Source: Nitrospirae bacterium MYbin3
GTDB lineage: Bacteria > Nitrospirota > Thermodesulfovibrionia > Thermodesulfovibrionales > Dissulfurispiraceae
Direction: 5' to 3'
DNA length: 64,000 bases
Assembly (NCBI GenBank): GCA_002753335.1
Contig: PEAD01000012.1
Coordinates: 1 to 64,000, forward strand
Of this stretch, positions 11,113 through 20,526 are shown in pieces (the first letter of the stretch is position 1; each line of letters starts with the position of its first letter). A program made the translations under genes and the position numbers. The notes below the pieces were generated by a model that was given only the letters and a program-made list of their open reading frames with translations, was not told where the DNA came from and did no database searches.

Positions 11113-12690
11113 TTATATTTTTTTTGATTTGTGCGATAGGAAGTATTTCACTATCATCCATCCGGCCAAGAGTGAAATGTGATGATGCAGGGCAAGGAGA
11201 CTTTGCCGCTCATAACAAACGATTACTCCATTTAGCGCAAAAGGCAGTATCAGTATTGCAGGCCTAGAAATCTTTGCTGATAATCCTCCCACAAGGCTAT
11301 AGACCGCATTAGATGACCCATAGTCTTTGTCTATTAGAAAATGGCTGTACCCCTCAGGAGTAACTAAGGGCAAAGCTGTTCCCAATAGCATGTGAGTAAT
11401 AGGGTTAGACAGCCAGAGACCAAAGACCACAAGGATCCAAAAGAGTCTTGGCCCAAAAATCCATTCTATCGCAGAGCCAAAAAAAAGCAAAGACAGTTGG
11501 TCTCCAAAGAGATGTCTCAGGTGGTTATGAAACAAAGGCCCTAAGAATAAACCTTTTAAGGTAACATCGCCGGGGATATAAGCACTTTGCAAATACAGAT
11601 TGAGCACTATGTCAGTATTGACTTTTAAAATGTGCACGGCCACACATAATACCGACAGCATTAAAGTCCATTTGATTTTGGTTAAAGCGGACAAGATGCT
11701 GCTGTTAATAAAGTTATGTTCTTTTGTCAGGAAGTGTGCATTGGTAGTTTCATACAGGGTCTTAAGTTTATTGGCGTTCGAAGCTATATAAAGCCTGTCC
11801 CATCTGCTTGGCTTTAGCTTCGCCTTGAATTCATAAAGGGTTTTGAAATTATATTTCCATGACCATAATTTATATACAAGCCTCTGCATAGCTGCTGCTG
11901 CGCCTTTGCTTTCTATTTTTGCAAGCGCACAATTGCCGAGTCGTGCCTCTTTTATCCCATTGCCTAACAATATGCGCATTGCTTCTACCATTAAAAGTTC
12001 GATGCTTCCTGCCCGCGCTTTGTCGGCGCGAATCCAGTCAGCAAAATAATAGCCGGCAATTTCATGGTTTTCATTATAATAGGGCACTGCAGTCAGAAAG
12101 GCCTGTGCCTTGCCACCTGCCTCAAGCACAAAAAGTTTTTTTAATTGTATTGATTGAAAAGGATCTGAAATGCTCAGAAAAGAGAGCTGCTGATTGTCTT
12201 TTGCTTCAAGCCATTGTCTGTATATGCTTTCAAGTTCTTTTTGCAATGCCTCGGAACATTGCTGCCATGATAGTTCGCTTATTTTTGCTCCTCTGAGCTT
12301 GAGGGATTTCGCTACTTGAAGGTGATTCAAGGGGTCTGCCTCATTGAAATAATCGCTAAGATTAAATATGGGCTCAACACCGGACTGCATTATATCAAAT
12401 CCGGCAAGACGCAATTCATCAGCCAGCTGTTTCCCTATCGGCAATATGACTGCACTTTTGCCTGCAGAGGCTGCGGCCACTGCAAAGGCTTTAAAGGCAT
12501 CAGCACGACTGTTTTTGGGTGTCAGCGGTTCTGCCGCAGCAATCCATGCCCCGTCTGTTTCTAAATATCGTATGCATCCTTCATCACATTTATAAGATTT
12601 AAAATGAGGATAAAGAGAAATAAATGAACTGGTTCTGTCGCCGTATTTGTATAATTCCTGAAGCAAATTGTCAGTTTGGTTGTCGTTCAT
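11113..12690 (-). CDS. DUF2156 (MprF C-terminal aminoacyl-transferase-like) domain fused to a C-terminal rhomboid-like membrane domain
   Basis: DWIR...GSIELLM...LGNCALA...YNFKTLYEFKAKLKPSRW resembles DUF2156; LFHNHLRHLFGDQLSLLFFGSAIE, DYGSSN and LHH resemble rhomboid motifs. Confidence 0.72.
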   Translation of the reverse strand: MNDNQTDNLLQELYKYGDRTSSFISLYPHFKSYKCDEGCIRYLETDGAWIAAAEPLTPKNSRADAFKAFAVAAASAGKSAVILPIGKQLADELRLAGFDIMQSGVEPIFNLSDYFNEADPLNHLQVAKSLKLRGAKISELSWQQCSEALQKELESIYRQWLEAKDNQQLSFLSISDPFQSIQLKKLFVLEAGGKAQAFLTAVPYYNENHEIAGYYFADWIRADKARAGSIELLMVEAMRILLGNGIKEARLGNCALAKIESKGAAAAMQRLVYKLWSWKYNFKTLYEFKAKLKPSRWDRLYIASNANKLKTLYETTNAHFLTKEHNFINSSILSALTKIKWTLMLSVLCVAVHILKVNTDIVLNLYLQSAYIPGDVTLKGLFLGPLFHNHLRHLFGDQLSLLFFGSAIEWIFGPRLFWILVVFGLWLSNPITHMLLGTALPLVTPEGYSHFLIDKDYGSSNAVYSLVGGLSAKISRPAILILPFALNGVIVCYERQSLLALHHHISLLAGWMIVKYFLSHKSKKI

Positions 12691-12727
12691 TAATTATGAG
12701 CAAGCAGACAGGATTGTTTGGAGTCTC

Positions 12728-13426
12728 TTATTCCCCAAGGTACGCTTTTCTGACCCCTTCGTTGTGAAGCAGTTCTTCGCCTGTTCCATGAAGTTTTACG
12801 ATCCCGCTTTCAAGCACATATGCCCTGTGTGCAAGCCTTAGAGCTGCTCGGGCATTCTGTTCAACCAGCAGTATTGTGCAGCCCTCGATGTTCAGCTCTT
12901 TTATTGTTTTGAATATCTTGCTCACCATAATTGGCGCAAGGCCGAGAGACGGCTCATCGAGCAAAAGCATTTTTGGATTTGCCATCAAGGACCTGCCTAT
13001 AGCCAACATCTGCTGCTCGCCACCGCTTAAGGTTCCGGAGGGTTGATTGCTGCGTTCATGCAGTACAGGAAAGAGTGAAAAAATATGTTTGATTTTTTCT
13101 TTAAGTCCGCTATTGTTCATAAATGCGCCCATCTCAAGGTTTTCGAGCACCGACAGGCGTGGGAAAATCCTCCTCCCCTCCGGAACCTGAGACAGTCCAA
13201 GACCGACTATCTCATGGGGATCCATGCCCTCAATTTGCTGCCCGTTGAATTCTATTTTTCCGCAATCAGGCTTGAGCACGCCTGATATGGTCATAAGTGC
13301 GGTTGATTTGCCCGCACCGTTGCTGCCGATTAGACAAACAATCTCACCCTTCATGACTTCTATATCTATTCCTTTGAGGGCTTTTATATGGCCGTAGGAT
13401 GTATGTATTTCTGAGAGACGAAGCAT
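12728..13426 (-). CDS. livF: Branched-chain amino acid ABC transporter ATPase
   Basis: GSNGAGKS, VPEGRRIF, LSGGEQQM, DEPSLGLAP. Confidence 0.94.
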   Translation of the reverse strand: MLRLSEIHTSYGHIKALKGIDIEVMKGEIVCLIGSNGAGKSTALMTISGVLKPDCGKIEFNGQQIEGMDPHEIVGLGLSQVPEGRRIFPRLSVLENLEMGAFMNNSGLKEKIKHIFSLFPVLHERSNQPSGTLSGGEQQMLAIGRSLMANPKMLLLDEPSLGLAPIMVSKIFKTIKELNIEGCTILLVEQNARAALRLAHRAYVLESGIVKLHGTGEELLHNEGVRKAYLGE

Positions 13427-14193
13427 CAGTGCGCAGCCTCTTTTCCCAAGTATGCCTCTATAACCATAGGGTCGGTGCGCACCTCATCAGGGGTGCCTTC
13501 TGATATTTTTACACCGTGATCCAGAACTACTATCCTGTCCGAAATCCCCATTACCAGCTTCATGTCATGTTCTATAAGAATGACTGTTTTTCCCAGTTCC
13601 CGAATTCTTTTGATTAGGGTCATGACCTCAGAGGTTTCGCTAGGGTTCATGCCGGCCGTAGGTTCATCAAGCAGTATCAATTTGGGCTCTGCAGCAAGCG
13701 CCCTTGCTATTTCAAGCCTGCGTTGGTTGCCGTACGAAAGGCTGTTGGCGGGCAGATCAGCAAAGGAATCTATTCCTGAGAGTTCGAGGTACTCGAACGC
13801 TTTTTGCCTGGTTTCAAGTTCGCTTTTCCTGAACCCTGCGGTGCGCAGCGCTGCAGAGGCAAAACCATATTTGATCTTGGAATGCTGCGCCACCATAACA
13901 TTTTCTATCGCCGACATGTCAGAAAAGAGCCTGATATTTTGAAAAGTGCGGGCAATGCCGGCTTCGAGTATTTTATGGGCAGGGAGCCCCGAAATAGCAG
14001 CGTCCATGAAGGTTATGCTGCCCTTGGTGACTGAGGCAAGCCCCGTAAGGCAGTTGAAAAGTGTGGTTTTGCCTGCACCGTTGGGACCTATAATGCTGAC
14101 AATAGATTCCTGTTGAATCTTGAAAGATACGTCTTCTATAGCTTTTATGCCGCCGAAATGTTTGGTAACGCCTTTAACGTCCAGCAGATGCAT
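13426..14193 (-). CDS. livG: Branched-chain amino acid ABC transporter ATPase
   Basis: GPNGAGKTT, ARTFQNIRLF, LSYGNQRRLEIARAL. Confidence 0.94.
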   Translation of the reverse strand: MHLLDVKGVTKHFGGIKAIEDVSFKIQQESIVSIIGPNGAGKTTLFNCLTGLASVTKGSITFMDAAISGLPAHKILEAGIARTFQNIRLFSDMSAIENVMVAQHSKIKYGFASAALRTAGFRKSELETRQKAFEYLELSGIDSFADLPANSLSYGNQRRLEIARALAAEPKLILLDEPTAGMNPSETSEVMTLIKRIRELGKTVILIEHDMKLVMGISDRIVVLDHGVKISEGTPDEVRTDPMVIEAYLGKEAAH

Positions 14194-15268
14194 CTTTCGC
14201 CCCTATAAGGCCCTGCGGCCTGAATATCATCAATACTACAAGACATAAGCCGAGAATCAGCATTCGATAAAGCTGGGCGTCCCTTAGCAGTTCGGGCATG
14301 ATTACGAGTATGAAGGCGCCGAGTATCGAGCCGTAAACATTCCCTATGCCTCCAAGGATGACCATGCTTAATATCAAAACAGACTCCATGAAGGTAAAGC
14401 TTTCGGGAGATACGAACTGCATCTTGGCGGCGAACAATGTTCCGGCAATTCCTGCCCAGAAAGTGCCGAAGGCAAAGGCATAGAGCTTGTAAGCGGTTGT
14501 GTCTATGCCCATAGTGGATGCGGCTATCTCGTTTTCTTTTATCGCCAGCCATGCCCGGCCTGTTTTAGAAAATTCAATTCTGCGTATCACAAAAACAGCA
14601 GCGATGACCACCATAAACACTAAATAGTAATAATACTGGAGTTTGCCGAGAGAAAATCCGGCAATGTAAGGAGGCTCTATTCCGGCTATTCCGTTGGGCC
14701 CTTTGGTGAAGGTATCCCAGTTGTTGAGGACTATACGGACTATTTCGCCGAAACCTAAAGTTACTATTGCAAGATAATCTCCTTTTAGTCTGAGTGCAGG
14801 CACACCCAAAACAAGTCCTGATAGTGATGCAAAGCATGCTGCTATCGGAAGCGAGGGCCAGAAGCCCAGCCCGAGCCTTGTGTTCAGGAGCGCATAGGTG
14901 TAGGCGCCTATGGCATAAAAGGCTGCGAATCCTAAATTTAACTGGCCGGTGAATCCGACTATGACATTAAGTCCTAGTGCCAGAAGGGCATATATTCCGA
15001 ACATGATAAGTACATCCAGATAGTAGTCTTTTAACGCAAAAGGAAGCAGTGCGAATATCGTAATCGTCAAAACCGGAAGAAAACCGCTCAAGCCGGAAGC
15101 TTTAAAGGGAATCTGGGGGATTTTGAGTTTGCGAATATAAGGCGCAGCAGAAATCCCGGCAAGCACGAACACAAAAAGTATAACTGCTGATTTTAAATCT
15201 TTGAGAGGCAGGAACAGAAGGGCGGCACACAGGGCGGATGCAACTGGAGAATGCAGGAAGCGTTTCAT
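14174..15268 (-). CDS. livM: Branched-chain amino acid ABC permease
   Basis: LRLKGDYLAIVTLGFGEI, FRPQGL. Confidence 0.93.
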   Translation of the reverse strand: MKRFLHSPVASALCAALLFLPLKDLKSAVILFVFVLAGISAAPYIRKLKIPQIPFKASGLSGFLPVLTITIFALLPFALKDYYLDVLIMFGIYALLALGLNVIVGFTGQLNLGFAAFYAIGAYTYALLNTRLGLGFWPSLPIAACFASLSGLVLGVPALRLKGDYLAIVTLGFGEIVRIVLNNWDTFTKGPNGIAGIEPPYIAGFSLGKLQYYYYLVFMVVIAAVFVIRRIEFSKTGRAWLAIKENEIAASTMGIDTTAYKLYAFAFGTFWAGIAGTLFAAKMQFVSPESFTFMESVLILSMVILGGIGNVYGSILGAFILVIMPELLRDAQLYRMLILGLCLVVLMIFRPQGLIGAKDASAGR

Positions 15269-15269
15269 T

Positions 15270-16172
15270 CTACACTTTTTCCTCAACGCTTGTGCCTAGC
15301 AGGCCGGAAGGTTTTATTAAAAGTATTATCAGCAATATTATGAAGGCATAAACATCTTTGTATTCGGCAGAAACGTAGGCCGAGCCGAGGCTTTCTATAA
15401 GGCCGAGAACAACTCCGCCGAGCATCGCACCGGGGATGTTTCCGATGCCGCCAAGAACAGCTGCGGTAAAGGCTTTGATTCCTGCCACATAACCTATAGA
15501 GTAGTTCACAAGACCGTAATAAGCTGCGACCATGACACCGGCCGCTGCTGCAAGCCCTGCTCCAATAATGAAGGTCACCGAAATTATCCTATCGACGTTG
15601 ATTCCTACCAGAGATGCCATTGTCATGTCTTGGGCCGTTGCCCGCATAGCTTTGCCTGTTCTGGTTTTTCTTATGAAAAGATGCAGCCCGAGCATCATTA
15701 GGCCTGATGCGAAGATGATTATGAGCTGAAGGCTTGTAGCGCTTGCCCCCAAAAAATTAAAAGAAGCATCTCCAAATTTTTGAGGAAATACTTTGTCTGT
15801 TGCGCCCTGAGTAATCATCACGTAGTTTTGCAAAAAAATCGAGATGCCGATCGCGCTTATCAAAGGGCTTAGTCGTGGAGCTTTGCGCAAAGGTCTGTAC
15901 GCAATCTTTTCTATTGTAAAGCCGTAGGCAGAGCAGAAAAGTATTGTAAGCAGGACCGTGAGCGCAAAAGCGAGCGGGAAGTTTGATGCGGCAAGACCTG
16001 ATGAAGTGAAGAGAGCGAGAAAGATAATCCCGAAATAGGCGCCGAGCATATAAATTTCACCGTGTGCGAAATTTATGAATTCCAGAATGCCGTAAACCAT
16101 TGTGTAGCCTAAAGCTATAACGGCATAAACGCAGCCTACAGTCAGCCCGTTTATCAACTGCTGAAGCAGCAT
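15270..16172 (-). CDS. livH: Branched-chain amino acid ABC permease
   Basis: QQLINGL...ALGYTMVYG...INFAHGE, KAFTAAVLGGIG. Confidence 0.94.
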   Translation of the reverse strand: MLLQQLINGLTVGCVYAVIALGYTMVYGILEFINFAHGEIYMLGAYFGIIFLALFTSSGLAASNFPLAFALTVLLTILFCSAYGFTIEKIAYRPLRKAPRLSPLISAIGISIFLQNYVMITQGATDKVFPQKFGDASFNFLGASATSLQLIIIFASGLMMLGLHLFIRKTRTGKAMRATAQDMTMASLVGINVDRIISVTFIIGAGLAAAAGVMVAAYYGLVNYSIGYVAGIKAFTAAVLGGIGNIPGAMLGGVVLGLIESLGSAYVSAEYKDVYAFIILLIILLIKPSGLLGTSVEEKV

Positions 16173-16178
16173 GGCAGG

Positions 16179-17036
16179 CTATTTCTTGACCTGTCTTAAG
16201 GCTTCTTCGACCTCGGCAAAATTCGGTTTTACATTGCCGGGGATCACCCTTCTGCCGAACTCTACCGATATCTGGGGGGCGGCTCCGCCGACAAAAGCGA
16301 CGAGCGCGACTTTAATTACATTGAGGTATTCGGCCTGTTCTTTAGCCGCAAATTCGAGGTTTCTTGCCAAAGGTCCGGCAAATCCGTAGCACATCAGAAC
16401 GCCCAGAAATGTGCCGACAAGCGCGGCGCCGATGCTGTTGCCGAGAACATCAGGAGGTTCGCTTATTTTTCCCATAGTTATGACGACGCCCAGAACAGCA
16501 GCCACGATTCCAAGCCCGGGCAGCGAGTCGGCAACATTTGCGACGCTACCGGATGGTATCAGCGCCTCTTCGTGATGTGCTTCTAGTTCAGCATCAAGCA
16601 GGGATTCAAGTTCATGAGGTGCGATGCTGGTGGTCATGACGGTTCTTAGGGTATCTGCTACGAGGTCAACCGCATGATGGTTGCTCAGGAAACTGCCGTA
16701 TTTGCTGAATATATTGCTCTCTTTTGGATTATCCACGTCAGCTTCTATAGAGACTAGGCCTTCTTTTCTTATCTTGGCAAATATTTCGCTCATAAGCTGA
16801 AGCACTTCAATGTAGTCATTTTTGCTGTATGACTTGCCTTTAAGAACGCCGAGAACTCCGCCTATGACCAGCTTTATAACTTTCATTGGCGATGCAATGA
16901 TAAATCCACCAAGAGCTGCGCCTCCTATAATCAGCAGTTCAATGGGCTGAAAAAGGGTGGACATATTCCCATGCTCGAGCATGTATCCGCCGATAACACA
17001 AACCGTAACTATTACAGCGCCTATTATTGGAAGCAT
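16179..17036 (-). CDS. motA: Flagellar stator A subunit, long (E. coli MotA-like) type
   Basis: LPGLGIVAAVLGVV, GAALVGTFLG, VEFGRR; 285 aa. Confidence 0.92.
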   Translation of the reverse strand: MLPIIGAVIVTVCVIGGYMLEHGNMSTLFQPIELLIIGGAALGGFIIASPMKVIKLVIGGVLGVLKGKSYSKNDYIEVLQLMSEIFAKIRKEGLVSIEADVDNPKESNIFSKYGSFLSNHHAVDLVADTLRTVMTTSIAPHELESLLDAELEAHHEEALIPSGSVANVADSLPGLGIVAAVLGVVITMGKISEPPDVLGNSIGAALVGTFLGVLMCYGFAGPLARNLEFAAKEQAEYLNVIKVALVAFVGGAAPQISVEFGRRVIPGNVKPNFAEVEEALRQVKK

Positions 17037-17048
17037 TTAAACACTCCG

Positions 17049-17588
17049 TTATTTTCTTCTTTCACGAAGAATCTCTCTTTGTTGTTTGAAGACGAACTGG
17101 ACTATCAAGTCCTGTATATTATCATCCATTGGTAAAAATTTAACAGCCATACTATAGTTCTCGCCTGACTTATCAGCGGTTACGACTTCGCCATATATAT
17201 ATAGGGCTACCGGCGGTATTAGCGGAAGCAGCATCTTTATTTCGAGCAGATCGTTTTTATCGTATCGCTGCGACGATGTGAAGCTCAGCCCTCCTGCGCT
17301 TATGTTCACTGTAGTAAAAGGAAGCAGTCCAAAGCCTTCCCGCTGAAAAGATAGCATGTTAATTATTGTATCTGTTTTTGAGTTCAGTATAATAAGCCAG
17401 TCCTGAAGTGCTTTGTTGTCCAGATCCGGCAGCATTCTTCTGTCCACAAGGTCGATGTTACCCGAAAGCTTGGACTTTACCGTAGCCTTGCGCTCGGCCG
17501 AAACGAGGGAGACACCGAGGGGTATGACGGCGTCAATCCTCGAAAATTCACGCATTATGCTGTACTGTTCTTGGTCTTTCGCAAGCAT
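17049..17588 (-). CDS. PilZ-domain protein with N-terminal extension
   Basis: REFSR (RxxxR) and NISAGG motifs; C-terminal QQREILR. Confidence 0.8.
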   Translation of the reverse strand: MLAKDQEQYSIMREFSRIDAVIPLGVSLVSAERKATVKSKLSGNIDLVDRRMLPDLDNKALQDWLIILNSKTDTIINMLSFQREGFGLLPFTTVNISAGGLSFTSSQRYDKNDLLEIKMLLPLIPPVALYIYGEVVTADKSGENYSMAVKFLPMDDNIQDLIVQFVFKQQREILRERRK

Positions 17589-17603
17589 GATTTAAAGTAG
17601 GTA

Positions 17604-17612
17604 ATTATAGCA
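17604..17612 (-). promoter_or_regulatory. Extended -10 promoter between motB and pilZ
   Basis: TGCTATAAT on the minus strand in the 38-nt gap. Confidence 0.5.
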
Positions 17613-17626
17613 CATTGTCGGTTCAG

Positions 17627-18265
17627 CTAATTGCCGATAATCAGCTCCACTCGCCTGTTCTTGGCCTTGCCTTCTTCTGTATCATTTAGCGCCACCGGTC
17701 TGTATTCAGCATAGCCCGCAATTGAGAATCTGTTTGGATCGAGCCCCTTTGTTATGAAGAAATTCAGTATGCTCGATGCCCGAGCCGTAGAGAGTTCCCA
17801 GTTGGATGTGTATTTCCCTCTGCTTAACGGAACATTGTCGGTATGTCCTTCGATCAGGATTTTTCCGGGAGCAGAGCTCAATACTGGCGGAAGCTTGTCA
17901 AGAATAATTTCTGCTTCTTTTTTTATATCTGCCGAGCCCGAATCAAAAAGCACTCCGTCAGCAAAAGTAACTATTACGCCGCGCGGCTCTGTTTTTGCCG
18001 AAATTCCGTTGACATCCTTTATCTTGTCGCGTATGTCGTCAACCAGCGCTCTGGTCTTTTCTTCATAGACCAGAACAGGCGCTTCAATAACTTTAAAAGC
18101 CTGCCGCAGCGAACCGCTGATCTTCTCTGCTTTGGCTTTGTCGAGGGAAGAAAGAGCGTACAGTGCAGCAAAAAAAGTGAAAAGCAGGGTTATAAAATCA
18201 GCATAAGAAACGAGCCACCTTTCGTGGTTTTCGTGCTCTTCTTCTTTTTTTGCTCTCTTGCTCAT
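17627..18265 (-). CDS. motB: Flagellar stator B subunit (MotB/MotD-like, OmpA-type peptidoglycan-binding domain)
   Basis: WLVSYADFITLLF with the conserved Asp; GHTDN, NWELSTARA, KNRRVE. Confidence 0.93.
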   Translation of the reverse strand: MSKRAKKEEEHENHERWLVSYADFITLLFTFFAALYALSSLDKAKAEKISGSLRQAFKVIEAPVLVYEEKTRALVDDIRDKIKDVNGISAKTEPRGVIVTFADGVLFDSGSADIKKEAEIILDKLPPVLSSAPGKILIEGHTDNVPLSRGKYTSNWELSTARASSILNFFITKGLDPNRFSIAGYAEYRPVALNDTEEGKAKNRRVELIIGN

Positions 18266-19023
18266 TCTTCGACCCTGCTGCTTTCATCAAGAAAAGCATT
18301 AAGCCGCATTTTTAGAAAGTAAGGGTTAACACCGCTTTCTATGCCTATGATGCCCTCGATTATGAGTTCTCTAAGCTGAATCTCTTCGTTCATCCTGTTG
18401 ATTATCTTCTTGGCCATAGGCAAAAAAACGAGGTTGGCCGAAGCGACGCCGTAAACCGTAGCCACAAAGGCAACCGCGATTCCGCTGCCTATCTTAGAAG
18501 GGTTAGACACATCCTGCATAACCTGTATGAGTCCCAGCACAGCGCCTATTATGCCTATAGTCGGCGCATAGCCCCCTGCTGATTCAAATACCTTTGAAGC
18601 CTTTTTTATGCGCTCTTCGTAGGTTACTATCTCCTGATATAAAATTTCTTTTATCATTGCCGGAGACATACCGTCAATCATAAGAGACAAGCCTCTTTTC
18701 AGAAACGGGTTGTCGATTTTCTTTAGTTCATCTTCGAGCGCTATAAGTCCCATTTTACGGGCCTTAACTAAAATGCCGAGTATCGATTGTATTATTTCGA
18801 GAGGGTCATGCTGCTGTCGCATGAAAACCACAGAAATAGCCTTAAATGCGTTAATCATGTCTTTTGCCGAAAAACTCAACAGTGTGGCGCCGAAGGTTCC
18901 GCCAAAAACTATAAGACCTGCAACTAACTGGACAAGATGCCCTGCATTGCCGCCCTCCAGCACGTTGCCGCCTATTATAGCGCCGAGCCCTATCAGTATG
19001 CCTAAAAATGCTGCTATGTCCAT
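18262..19023 (-). CDS. motA: Flagellar stator A subunit, short (MotC/PomA-like) type
   Basis: GGYAPTIGIIGAVLGLI, IAVAFVATVYG; ATGA-coupled to motB. Confidence 0.9.
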   Translation of the reverse strand: MDIAAFLGILIGLGAIIGGNVLEGGNAGHLVQLVAGLIVFGGTFGATLLSFSAKDMINAFKAISVVFMRQQHDPLEIIQSILGILVKARKMGLIALEDELKKIDNPFLKRGLSLMIDGMSPAMIKEILYQEIVTYEERIKKASKVFESAGGYAPTIGIIGAVLGLIQVMQDVSNPSKIGSGIAVAFVATVYGVASANLVFLPMAKKIINRMNEEIQLRELIIEGIIGIESGVNPYFLKMRLNAFLDESSRVEE

Positions 19024-19149
19024 AATTCATCCATAACTGTTGTCCTGAGTTAATGATTATATTATCACAGAATAGTGATGGTTGCACTTAACGGTGCCAA
19101 CTTTTTTCTGCTCCTTGCCTGCCTTTTCAAAAAAAGGTATTATTGAAGC

Positions 19150-19707
19150 ATGGAAAAGCCAAAAAAGAATAACACCACCGCAATAATACACAGCCGAGAA
19201 AATCCGGACATAATCGGCAGCATTTTAAAGAAACATAAGAATATAGCGATATGCGGAATTCAGGGCGTGGGCAAACTCACTATAATTGTTGAAGCCGTGA
19301 AAAACTCCGAAGGCGTTTTTTTTCTCGAAAATACATTTGATTATGACGGGAAGATTAAGGAGCGGGGATACTCAAAATACATAAAATATCTTCTGTCTTT
19401 AAAAAACGATATGACCATAGTCAGTAGTTTTCATGAACTTGAACAAAAACAGACTTCGGTGAAAGCGCTTATAGTTGATGGTATTTACGGAAGAAATTCG
19501 GATGAAATAGAGGCCTTATTTAGGATGCTTGATAATAAGAATTTGATAGTTATGCTGATAGTCAGGTGCATAAAAGACCTCGCCGCAATGCTAAGAAGAT
19601 TCGACATAGTTGTAGAGCTTACTCAGGACGGCGCCTTGCTTCTATCGATAGAAAACGCTGAGCATATCGCGAAAGTTTTAAACAAGAGACAGCAGTCCGA
19701 TTCTTAA
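19150..19707 (+). CDS. Hypothetical protein with a degenerate P-loop
   Basis: IAICGIQGVGKLT (Walker A-like) and ALIVDG (Walker B-like); AT-rich. Confidence 0.55.
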   Translation: MEKPKKNNTTAIIHSRENPDIIGSILKKHKNIAICGIQGVGKLTIIVEAVKNSEGVFFLENTFDYDGKIKERGYSKYIKYLLSLKNDMTIVSSFHELEQKQTSVKALIVDGIYGRNSDEIEALFRMLDNKNLIVMLIVRCIKDLAAMLRRFDIVVELTQDGALLLSIENAEHIAKVLNKRQQSDS

Positions 19708-19825
19708 CTTGAGAACTCCTGCTTCAAATATGTAGCTTTTTTTTGTTGCTACAACTAAATTTATTCTGTTTGAACTTTAAACTTCAAAGATGCTAGTCTA
19801 ACGAGCTTTTGCGGAGGAGATATTT

Positions 19826-20428
19826 ATGGAGATAGTGCTTGCCACTCGAAACAGGAAAAAGTCTGAAGAGCTTCAGAGGATTCTTGCGGGTGCAGATGTC
19901 ACGGTGCTTACGCTCAATGACTTTCCTGACTGCCCTGAAGTGGTTGAAGACAAAGATACCTTTGAGGGCAATGCGATTAAAAAGGCTTCTGAGGTTGCCA
20001 GCTATACAGGCAGGGTAGCGGTGGCGGATGATTCGGGCCTTGAAGTTTATGCGCTTGGCAATGCTCCGGGCGTTTTTTCGGCCCGTTATGCAGGAGAAAA
20101 CGCTGATGATGAGAAGAATATCAGAAAACTTCTTGATGAAATGAAAGATATTGAGCCGGCTAAAAGGGGCGCCCGGTTTGTCTGTTGCATAGCTTTTGCT
20201 CAGCCGAATCATCAAACCAAGACCTTTTTAGGGTTTGTTGAGGGGGTTATAGGTACCGAGGTTCGAGGTTCAGGAGGCTTTGGCTACGACCCGGTTTTCT
20301 ATCCTCTAAACTCTTCTAAGACTTTTGCTGAGATTACCCCTAAAGAAAAGGACGAGGTAAGCCATAGAAAAAAAGCTCTGGAGGGTTGGGGAGATTATCT
20401 CAAAAAAACCTATTTTTCAAAAACATAA
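19826..20428 (+). CDS. rdgB: Non-canonical purine NTP pyrophosphatase (Ham1 family)
   Basis: ATRNRKK, ADDSGL, GFGYDPVF, SHR. Confidence 0.95.
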   Translation: MEIVLATRNRKKSEELQRILAGADVTVLTLNDFPDCPEVVEDKDTFEGNAIKKASEVASYTGRVAVADDSGLEVYALGNAPGVFSARYAGENADDEKNIRKLLDEMKDIEPAKRGARFVCCIAFAQPNHQTKTFLGFVEGVIGTEVRGSGGFGYDPVFYPLNSSKTFAEITPKEKDEVSHRKKALEGWGDYLKKTYFSKT

Positions 20429-20526
20429 ATAAAATTAATGTAATAATTATAATTTTAAATTTGCATAAAATTAACAGTTCATATAATTTATAGCGTTTCC
20501 TCAAAAATCTTCAGGGGGTTTTCTAA

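Noticed and set aside
19081..19100. Sigma54-like TTGGCAC...TGCA upstream of the stator operon
   Set aside because: GG-to-GC spacing is 11 nt rather than the required 10
20460..20478. Possible Rex operator upstream of adk-sat
   Set aside because: Only one half-site (TTAACA) matches, in very AT-rich DNA
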